This document shows positions 1-11,200 of a stretch of 64,000 nt of DNA, one piece after another (the stretch's first letter is position 1; each line of letters begins with the position of its first letter). The notes below the pieces were generated by a model. That model did no database searches, was not told the origin of the DNA, and saw nothing but the letters and a program-made list of their open reading frames with translations. The stretch comes from Ptychomitrium polyphyllum (Eukaryota). Made by a program: the position numbers and the translations under genes. Location of the stretch: contig OZ316776.1 of NCBI GenBank assembly GCA_973851085.1, positions 4,340,001-4,404,000 of the forward strand, written 5' to 3'.

Positions 1-77
1 GTTTACTATTGCATTATCCTGAGCATGCTGAAGCAATTTACTGCTGATGACTAACCATTTCCATGTTATTTGTGCAG

Positions 78-130
78 TTTGGACAATGATAGGGCCCTTT
101 TTGCTCAAGAACAGGGACTTCAGTGCATGA
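78..130 (+). CDS. Terminal exon of a Serinc/TMS-TDE family membrane protein; gene starts upstream of the window
   Basis: Acceptor tgtgcag at 71-77, then (x)WTMIGPFLLKNRDFSA* ending in TGA at 128-130. Resembles the conserved Serinc C-terminus W(T/S)xxxPxxxxxRDF. Confidence 0.6.
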
Positions 131-1959
131 GCCGTCTGCTATGCTTTTGTGTTAGAAGCGGAGCCTGAGCTGGAGAGAGTTTATTGTACGTACTAGTTTT
201 CAAAAAACTTCTGAGTCTCGAGCCTCCAATTACAGGGGATGTACCCAATTGAGACTGACCTTTCAGTCCACAGGTTCTTCTCTGGCTAGAGATACCCCCA
301 TTTGTAGCCCCTGAGGGCCTCACTAGTCAGAGAGTGAGTGCTAGATCTCGGTAATTCTGTTCATGTTAATTGGCCTTTTTCTGGAGTAAATACAAGGGCT
401 GAGAAGTATCCATGAATAATTTTCCATTACTATCTGTAATTATCTCCAAAGTTCTTGAAACGAATGATAACTTCATCCGGTTGTTGATATGTATTATCTC
501 TGTATACTTGAAGTGTGATTTTTTTTCAGTCATGGAATTTTTTTGATCTAAACTGCACTTTGTCATCTTACATGTTTGGATTGGTGTGTTTATTTTCTTG
601 CAATGGAAAAAAACCTGTCTGCTTTATAAAAAAAAAATAAGATCCAAGAAAATGTTTGTGCTTACATTCTTCAGCCAAATTACCTTGCACCATGATGAAA
701 GTACTAGAACATTAAGGTCTAGAATGTCAATCTATTTTGCTTGATTCACAACGATTTACCACTCCTTAAATGGATGAAAATGGGGAGTTGTCCCTTATTC
801 CACTTCTTTTTAAAGTATTAGATTTTGTGCAAACTAGAATATTTAGCTTGATACTCCAATGTAAAAGTGGTGCATGGTCATGTTGTTAAAGTCAAAGTAG
901 AGTGGACATGCAACTTGAAGCTAACACTCCACTTTTTATTATAGACTATTGTTTGTAAGAATATTACCTTATTTGCCAGACATAGAAAAAAAAGTTCCAA
1001 TTTAATAAATACAAACAGTATAATATGTATGAATGGTTATTGTGCTATAAAATATTAACATTTGATTTTTATTATTTTCTATGAACACAATTCTTTAGAA
1101 GCCCAAGTTTTGTCAATGTATTAAAATCATTTTAGCACCTAGTTTCCTGCATATTAATTTATATATTATAATTAGAAGTTGCCTATTAAGGTAATAAAAT
1201 ATTATATTTACATTAATGCAAAATTTTTAGATAATTTTTATGTATAGCAAAAAATAAATTAAATAAATTACTGTAAATATGATGCTAGTCCTCGAATTAA
1301 ACTAGAAATTCACATAGAAACTATTTTTAATGCCCTAAATATACCTTTTTTAAATTTAATATCTTCATTCATTATAAAAAGTAGGTTTTAAAGGAAAAAA
1401 GAAATTTTTATTATAATTTAGTTTAGAAGAAATCTTCAAGGATTTACATAAAATATACCATAAAATGTTTCTTTTATTCTCATTCACCTTAACCCTTTTG
1501 AATACCATGCAATTCTACCAATTAAAAATCATTTTACTCGTCAGCTAAAATAATGGTTAATTTACTATCTTTTAATCTTCATTCCATTTATTATCTTGAT
1601 AAAAAAAAACCTTAAGGATAAGAATGTAACAAATATAGAGCTTGTTCATATATATACAGAGATGGTTACAAGAGGCATTTCCAACACCAACACTCTATGA
1701 AAAGTGACACTTTTTTTTCCCTTTTTAAATACCAAAGGCTAAAATATACACTCACAATAAATGTGAACTGTGGATACAATGACATTTTCTCTTCGGTTAT
1801 CCCTCACATTAAAGAGAAGCATGGAACTAATTCACAAAAGCACTACTAGGGGCATGCCAGTGTACCAAAACCATCACTACGCAATGGCGCAAAATGTAAC
1901 ACTTTTGTAGATTTCAGGTTTCAGATGCAATGTTTTCATCGGTAATAGAACAGAAGTGC

Positions 1960-2470
1960 AGTGACGCTTTTTGGTTATCTCTCGCTGGAGCGGCAGACGA
2001 GATGACTGTAGTGGCACGACGGCAGGAACAGAATTAAGAGACGCATACCAAAAGCCGACACTATTCAAGAAAGCCACAATATCTATCGCAAATGTTGGAT
2101 TTGGGAATTCTAAGTGTACGAATAATATAGATAAGCAGAGCAATGACGCTTTTTAATTCCCTTGCACACTTGAGAGAACGCTCAAGAGAGGAATAGGGGA
2201 GGACCGTCGCCAGCATTCGCATAACAACAGGTGCAGTTTGAAGGAGCTCACACCTAAAACCGACACTTCTTTGAAAGCTAGATGGTAAACTATTATCCTG
2301 GACCTCAGGTTCTAAAGCGTACGTAGATAGGAGATGATGTTGCTTTAGGAAAATAGTGACGCTTTTTGGTCGTCTCGCACTCTTGAGAGGGAGAGAGACG
2401 AGAGGACCGTCGCTGGCATTTGCACGACATCGTCTCTGCTCACAACTGGAGGTGCTCCTTCCAAGTGAAA
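1960..2470 (+). repeat. Three degenerate ~190-210 bp tandem units in the promoter of the chimeric gene
   Basis: TGACGCTTTTT recurs at ~1962, ~2144 and ~2357. GAGGACCGTCGC recurs at ~2199 and ~2402. AAA(A/G)CCGACACT recurs at ~2051 and ~2256. Confidence 0.65.
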
Positions 2471-2968
2471 CGTTTCTCCGTCTTCACGCCGCACACTTCC
2501 ATCGCCGTCTCGCGGGAAGTTTTAACGCATTGCCAACGGAACCACAGAAGAGCAAACAACCCCAACTCGACCTTGCACAGCGAGCGCGCGAAAGTTCACA
2601 GCGGAAGATTTCATCATTATGTCGATGTGCTAGGGTTTCACCAAACGCCACTTTCGTTGCGCGCGCTTGACACAAGCTTTGGAGTTTACCTCTGCGAGGG
2701 AAGTGTAGAGATAGAGAAGAGAAGAATCGCATAAGGAGGAGAAGTGGAGTTGTTCGTTTTGGTTTGCGGAATGAAGAGTGTGCTGTTTGCTAGGGTTTCG
2801 ATAATTGTTACTTTTTTTGTGTAGGATTTCTTCGTTGAAGTAGTCATTGGATTTGTATACGTAGTTCAGTCGATTGAGATAGGTGAGAGGAGAATTGCGT
2901 GAGGGAGAGTGGCAGAGGAGTTGAAGTTTTGTTTGTGGGAGCCGGGGTTTAGTTTAGTGTTTGCGCGG

Positions 2969-5900
2969 ATGGCGGATGACGACGGCAGCGGGTCTCCAGC
3001 GCAGCGGCCTTATAACGGGGATCATGGCGGCGAGAGTAGGCGCGAGGTACGGCTTTGTCGGATGTGATGGCTTGGTTAAGTGAAGTTTAGGTTGCCGCGT
3101 TGATGTGAGTGGATTGAGATGAGCATGGGACTAGAAATGTCACAATTGGTCGTGTCATAGTGGCTGCGGTTGTGGCGGTGCGTGAAAACGGGAGTGAGAA
3201 AAATCGGTGCTGCTGATAATTGCCACTGTCGCCGTTGAGGCGTGTTTCAGGCTCTGCCTCTTCCGGTTCGTTACTTGGCTGTGACAGACGGGGCAGGCCG
3301 TTCGCGGAAATGTTTTTGATGAAATTGGCGTTGAATTCTGTGTATACTGGCGTTTTTTCACTTCCCTTCTCCCTCACTAGCAATTTGGCCTCGCAGTGGC
3401 GTTCGTGTTTAGCTAGTACAGGGTTGGGATTATCGGCAATTGGGATTATAGTAATAATTGCCTCGCGGTGGCTTGTGCCTTTTGCGTGCATTTTTTTAAT
3501 GTATGTTGCTTCATTGGTAGGATCTACCTGCTTGGTGATGAATGTAGTGTCTTTCTGTTTGATGTCTATATTATTTTAGGATCATCTATTTATTTAATGG
3601 GAACTTTTGTTGCTTGCATGTGCTTGAAGTCCTAGGAACTTAGGTGAACGAGCATACTTTTAATGTTGAGATTAGGTCGACAAAGGAATTCTTTGTCCAC
3701 AATAACGAGTGTTTTAACAATAATTGGGTGGATGGCTCTCTCGCTTTAATGCTTTTGAGAACGTTGATACGTCTGCTGTGAATGATTTGTGTTTGTGTAC
3801 TCATAGTTGTGGATCAGAGTAGTCCCTTGCGTGCTCGTTTGTTTTTCCAACAGAGTCCAGACGCAGATTTTTGAACTAGCTGGCAGCCGTATAATTCCCT
3901 TCGAGTGGCAGATTAGCTGTACCTGTGGGATGTTATTACGTTGTGTTTGTTTCTTTCATATTACGTGGTCTTGCATGTGCATGATTGGAGAGTCTGAGGT
4001 ATGTGACAGAAATGCTTTCATAATTCGTATTATTTTTTTGAGCCTGTGTTTGTATTGCAGCGTGTCGCCCGAGAATCCGACAGAGACGGAGAGAGGAATC
4101 GAGAGAGAGATAGGGACAAGGGTAAAGAACGTCGTCATAGAGATGTGGATGTGAATCGCGAAAGAGACCGAGGAACTAGAGACAGAGACAGGGATATGGA
4201 CCGTGATCGTCATCGCAGCCATGATCGTGAGAGGTGAGCACCTTGGAGATCGTTTGCTATGATTTTCTAGTTACTAATGCTGCTAGTTCATGCATGGAGA
4301 GCATCATGCATAATAAACTCACAAATTGTTTCTGGCTCACTGAATTTGTTTCACCTTCAGCATAGTTTACTCATGTATCTACTGTTTTGAAATACACGAT
4401 GTGTTTCTTGCTTTAACGTCTCTGCCTACGATGAACATGTCACAACGCTGTTATCCAATCTGTTGTGGAATGCAGACGTAGTCGTGAATTTGGAGACGAC
4501 CGAGATAGAAGGCAGCAGCATCGTTCTCGATCTTCCTCCCGAGGACGGTCGGGGGATGTTTCTAGGTCTAGGTCTCGTTCAAGATCCCGTTCAAGGAAAA
4601 CAAGTGGATTTGACAAGGCCGCACCAGGTGCAGGTGTTGGTTCCAGTACTGCAGTACCAGGTTTGCGTGGCCACGAGATTCATTATACATTTTCTGAGAC
4701 TAAAGTGTGCTTTTGAACCAGCTGTAATATGGCGAACGTGATCATTGTTGTCTTGGTGATCTTGTGTGAGGTTGTATAGTTAGTGCTCATTCTATCTTGG
4801 ATGCTACCAGCACTCTAATTCAAGGGCATTATATGTGTGGCTACCGTATTGTGTTACTGGAATTTACAGTTTTTTTTCTTACAAAGTATTGGAATTTCAA
4901 GTGACCTTGTGCCTTCTGAATAGATTTTTGGTTCCCATTCTTTCAGGTCTTGAACGTCGATTTCAAGCTGCTAATAATGGAAATATTTCTGGGGAACTGC
5001 AACCCCAGCAATTCAATAAGGTGGCTCTAGACGGTACAGTATGCAGTAATCTTGGTGCTGACTCGCAGCAGTCTGAGGCTCATGATGGTGGGGTGCAAGG
5101 TAACAAGCTAGCTGCTGTTTCGGCTGCAAAGACTGGGAAATGTTCTAAGTGGGGACCTGTACCTTCTTCCGATGATGCTATGCCTTCGGAAGTTGCTAAT
5201 GATTTTCAGGCTGCGAAAATGGCTGCCATTAGAGCAGCCGAACTTGGTAAGTGAATAGTTTGGTTAGAGCACCATTGCTTTATGGCAATTCCAACTATCT
5301 GCTACCTACCTGTTTATCTTATTTGATATACACAAACCTTTAAGAGTTGAATTATTGCAGAATTACACTAAGACAATGGTGCGTAGCTGGTGCTTACTGC
5401 AGGTGGTAGGTTAGTAGCTGTCTAGTTGACTGTCTAATGTGGTCTCTGTTGCGACAAGAAAAACATATAGAATCTCTTTTTTCCTCGAGGGTTGAGGTAT
5501 TCTTGTTCTAGAGATTATATTATTTTTTATATTTGATGCTTGTTGGTAACTTAGTACATTCGTATTTTCAACAATGCTGACACGGATCAACTATCACGTC
5601 TAGCTTTGCAAGCCTGTCAAAGAAGAAAATCATGCATGATTGAGATAGAGGCTTCAGGAAGTTTCTGACGTTCATTGTGTGGTATGCAGTCAATAAAAAT
5701 CTGAGTTTAGCAGGATTTATGTCAGCCGACCACAAGAAGAAGCTGTTATGGGGCAGCAAAAAGGCTCAGGTGGAGCAGGTAGGGCTACTGGATGCTGACC
5801 TGGTAGTTAATAGAAATTAAATACGATCATGGTGAGGAGGAATGTTTAATTGTTGTATAATTGTTGTTTGAGGGCAGAATAGCAACTGTGGAAATAGTTC

Positions 5901-6412
5901 CCTTCGTGATCTATGTAGTGTCCTACGTGATTATCACTCACTGTTTATGAGATGTGTTGAATAACAACTGTCATTTTGCTAACGCAAGGTGCACTGTTTT
6001 CTCTTCCATCTGGAAGCCTGGCTGAGAATTTAGCACATTGATATACAGGAGCCAGTTGTAGCAGCGGCGGGAACAAATCGCTGGGATACTGTCCATTTCT
6101 CTGATAAAGATCGGATGGAGAAATTTCACAAGCTTATGGTAAGCACCTGATATGTTTTGCGTTTGTTTTGAATGATATCACCGTTACACGGATCTGGAGA
6201 AAGTGCTTAAATTGGCTATCCTTTCCTTGTTATTGGTATTGATTGTGCAGGGTGTAAAGGGTGATATAAAAGAGGGGGAGGCACCACTACCACCCCCCGG
6301 TACAGGTATCTTTACAGAGGAGAAACAGAGAGAGCTTCAAGCGGATCTAGAGAAGCAGTTCACACAGGGACTGCGAAGACGAGATGGCCGGACTGTTGGA
6401 TTAGGACTGTAA
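2969..6412 (+). CDS. Chimeric RS-rich protein: U2AF65-derived N-terminus fused to an RSRC2-like/SMAP (small acidic protein-like) C-terminal domain, 7 exons
   Basis: Exons 2969-3046, 4061-4233, 4476-4660, 4947-5246, 5690-5778, 6049-6138 and 6251-6412 all have GT-AG introns and compatible phases. The C-terminus ...KKKLLWG...RWD..FSDKDRMEKFHKLMGVK...LQADLEKQFTQGLRRRDGRTVGLGL* is typical of plant RSRC2/SMAP proteins. The first three exons align to exons 1-4 of the U2AF65 gene in this window. Confidence 0.85.
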
Positions 6413-8260
6413 CAAGTCAATATCGATAAATGTAAAGATTGGGAGCTACAAAGAGGATTCTTATCGGGGTCTTCGGAATGCCACGCTGTGCACTCAGGAT
6501 TTTTCACGTGCAATATGTGCAGTAAGGTTTATAGCACGGTGGCTCTTCTGCAGACCACATCCTTCCAACACATGAGTCATGTCCTCAATGGAATCTGGAC
6601 CAGGATAGGATTTTGGTTCTGATCTACCTTGCTAGCTGCGCCTGCCAACCTCTGAAACCGATCTGGAATGAGTCAATAGTAGGCTAATACATAGAAAGGA
6701 CCGATCAGGCACATTTGTCTTCATTACGACTTCATGTTATCTTAGGATCATATCTTTCAGATTAAGATGTGTAAAGAATCTGTATGTGTTTTGTAATGAT
6801 ATTGGAGGAAAATCGGTTTGACAGAACGACGATATTGATGTCTCTCAAGGAAATTTCTTTCTTTCTTTCTGAATGTTCTCTTTGTCCTACCCATTTTGGT
6901 GGACCGAGCATGTTTGGTTAATTTATGGACAGGTTTGTGAACGATTATTGTCGGTAGTGATGGATTAAATTTGTAATTTCTTGAGTACGCAGTATCGGTC
7001 CAAATTTGAGTAAGGTAGGGATCACTATTTCAAGGACCTGTAAGTGTCTCCTAAACGTCCACCTGCACTCAATCAAGTTTTTATGGAACGAAGTGTTAGT
7101 GGTATGATGGTATGTGATCGATCACGTGTGTGCGGAAATATCTTACTCACCAAATATAAAGTTCTTGAGAACAAGTCCGTTTCTTAAAAATTTCGAGTTC
7201 TACCACTACGTTTTTGCAATAAGGTATTATTTTCCCAGTTATACTAAATTGCTTATACTTTTATTTGACAAAATATGTTACAATCATCACCTTACACCTT
7301 TCATTTACACCTTTTATCTTGTTTTTGTTTTATTCTAACATTTGTTTAATATGTATTACACCATGGATTTGTAATTAAACAAAATCTGAGTTGATATTCC
7401 ACAAATCACCATTTCGAGGTCAAGAAAGAACCATATTGACATCTTCACAACGATATATCCCATGAAGCCAGCATATCAATGGAGAATCAATAGGATTTTG
7501 ACAATAACCCACTACCTTTTTCTATGCGGTGATGTCAAACTTATAGACAATAGAATATAAGCCCTGTTCTAAACTGCACAAGAAAGCATCATACCAAAAA
7601 CATTCATAATATCATATTTCAGAAATACGAGATATGACATTGTAATCAAAGTTTTGTGTTGTATTTATCTTTATTTGCGTATTTGGCAATGCATTTTCTT
7701 TGTATTCTGCGAGTAGTAGTGGTCCAAACCGAATGCATAGTTTTGCAACAGGTGCGTCTCACGCTTCTCAATATCTGAAAATTTCAAGATTCATACCCCA
7801 GTTCCTCGTGAATAAACAGTATTTCTCATTAATCTGCTCATGACCAAAATATGGTCACCTCAGTACTAAAGGGTTGAGCCACAGATTTTGCTTCTTATTA
7901 ACCATCCCGAATGTTGGAGCGAGGACATAGCTACAGTAAAAGACCGCCTCAAGCTAATGGCTTATAAGGTCTGATAATCCTCAACACGTCGATGCAATGT
8001 GCCAAAGAGCCCCTAGTGGCACAATAGGTACTCTCCATCGTCACACTGCAAAACTAGTAACAAACAACACAGGTTGTCAAGAAGCCTGGAGAACACTCCA
8101 CTAGCAGACTAACTTTCTATAAAGGACACAACTCTATGCTCAAGGCCTTAGAAAATGACCCCAACTATAATATTCCTTGAGGACTGCGTACATGGCTGAC
8201 TTGCGTATTCTAACCAATGGTCATAACATTGACGGTGGACAAGGTCCTCGTCACTATCCT

Positions 8261-11200
8261 TCAAGCTCCGTAATCCCCGTCTGCAAATTTCTCCTCAGAA
8301 TAGTAGACAGCAACAACAGAGTTCCCACCAAATCTACGCCCATGAAGTGATGATTTTGCTTTCGCGGCCCCTGCTGTGTCAGAATACTCAACAAAAACCT
8401 GAAATGTCAACAAATCAACAAATCAGCAACAAATCAGTTAGTCTAACAATGCATTACAGTTAAAGAATACAACTACGAGGAAAATGAAACACAGTAAGCA
8501 GTATAAAAATGTAAGAAAAGGTAGATAGAACTAAAAATAGATGGAGACGGTTATCACAAAAGTATGGTATTAAATAAACAATCCCGACAAACAGGGGTAA
8601 CGTTGACAAAAGTAACAAACCTTGCCAACGCCAGGAACATCTTCACCACCTCTCGGTCTAGGAATAACAATCCCCATAAGATTACCTGAAAAGCACAACT
8701 TGAGATCAATTTTAAAATGGCATAAAGAACTTTAGAGAAGACAAGCAAAGCAATTTAACGAACAGTGCTTTCATTACGAGAGCCAGGTCAGTAATTGCAT
8801 AGAATACATACCGTACTTCCCACATTCTTCCTTCATATCTTCCAAGATATCTTGATACTCTTCGTCATCTTTCAATTCCTCTGGTGATACAACCTGTTCA
8901 AAAATTCCTGTGTCTTGAAACTGATAGGAGAACCAAAAAAACCTTGAAATGAAGTCAAATTCCAGACTTTTTGAAACTCCTGATATATAGACGGTTGACT
9001 GTCTTTCAAGATGCAGCTACTCACAACAATACTTCAACAAATACCTCACCTGAGTCAAAGCAACCACTTTGGTGGGCGTTTCAAGAGGGGACATTCCTCC
9101 CATGCCAGGCATCATACCAGCCATCATTGGAAGCCCAGGGAAACCCATGCCACCTAATGCAACAGCATTGGCACCACTCGCTTGCAAAGCAAGTTTCTGC
9201 ATACAACTTAAAATTGTTAAATGACAGACAGAAATCAATTTATTACGAAGATGCAATACCGAACTGCAGTCAAGTAAATAGAATACGAAGCAAAGATGAA
9301 CTAAAACATACCTGGATAGCGATTTGATGTTGAGCTTGAGCCAGCACATTTGCTTGATCAGGCTTTGGTTGTCCACTGCAACATAACAACATCCATGAAT
9401 GAGACACAGTTCTAGCAATGCCAAGATGTCAAGGCCAGCATCTGCTCTCATCTCAAGAATCTGAGATGACAATAGAACAAAACTGAAAAACGTGCAGAAC
9501 CTATTTCTCTAGTCGATCTAATTCCTCCAAGCATGTGAATTAAGATTCGTTGAGTCAAAAACATGTAGATAAGTACCAAACATAGAAGAGCTCTATGCTA
9601 GAGCTATAAGTTAGTAAATGATGTTTCTTTTGTGAAGGATAACTATTGCGAGCATGGAGACTAGTTTCCTTCACGTGTAAATGGGCTAAAGCCAACCTTG
9701 CAGTGGCCCGACGAACGTTTAATGTCTTGTCATCCATTTTCATGCCATTAAGCGTTGCACAGGCAATATCCACAACTGATGGGTCCTGTGAAAGGGGAGA
9801 GAGCGGGGCACACAGCCATACAGACGGATAGAGTGAGAAAGATTAAACCAAACTCTCTACCTGGCAGAAGCGCGACGCACGCTTAGAGTCTTATCACCCA
9901 TTTTCAACCCATTAAGTGCACCTATAGCAACGTCTGTAACAGCTGGGTCCTGCGAGATAAGTAATTTGTCACAGCTCACAGGTTATCAAAGAGCAGAACC
10001 AATCTTGGCCATGCAGAAACATCCCGACTTAATGACAAAACAAAAGTGTATTGTTCAAGATAGTTGCACATTCCTACCATTCTTGAGTAAAACACAGCTC
10101 AAGAAACATGATCAATCTGACATATGAGAAGCATTAATACCTGATACACGCAGAAACCATACCCTTTGGAGTTCCCTGTGTCCCGGTCTTTGACAAGATC
10201 AAAACCTCTCAGAGGCCTACAGTTCCAAAAAACTGGTTTAGGCTGAGTTAATGTATAACTTGGAACATCGTATATCATTAAAACTGAACGCATTTGAGAT
10301 AAAGTCTAAAACAAGAGACTCAAGTGAAACATTTGCAAGCTGACTTCTCACCCAAATGACTCGAGCAACTCCTTAATTTGAACCTCTGTCAAGTAATATG
10401 GCAAGCCTCCAACAAAGATACGATCAGGCCCATCCGCACCTCCCGCAGCACTCCTGGAATCCCCCATTATTATTAAAATCTCTTGGCCACCAGAAACAAG
10501 ATCACTAGGAGGAAAAATTTCAACATCTATGTTCAATAAGGAGAAAAGAATTTGGAATGTATAAAACCAACAATAGAAAATACAACGATAGAATCACAGC
10601 TAAACAAGTCGTTCCAATACTTGTATCAATCGATTCCCAAGAACATGTTATGCATTATAGTTGGTGAAATTATGCATCACCATATTAATATGCCTAACAA
10701 CAGACAGAATCCTAAACTAAAAGTTAATGCGCTAAGGATGCATTCCTACAAATTGTAAGCAGCTTACCCAGGGGTTAACCCAACTGCAGCCAAATTCAAA
10801 TGAGGACTAGGTTGACTTGGACCAAGAGTAGCAGCCATAGATGGATTGTAATCACTTGGTCTCCTCACTCGCACAGATACACCCTACAAAGACAGACAAG
10901 GAAACTATGTCACTTTTCAAATAGATTCTAGAGGGTAACAATTTCTACAGAACAGTAGTATCAGATAGATATATCACGTGAGCTCCACAGGAAACGTACC
11001 AAGATAATGACTAAAACCACCAAAATAAAGAGAAACTGAGCGCAGTTAAAAACTGGTACAAACCTCAAACATAATTCCATCAAGGGCCATCGCGTTGCTG
11101 GCTTCTTCAACAGTCCGCATCTCAACAAATGCAAATTTCTTTTCTTGATTGATGTAAACGTTCACAACAGCATCACCTGGACCAAAACCACATTAATCAG

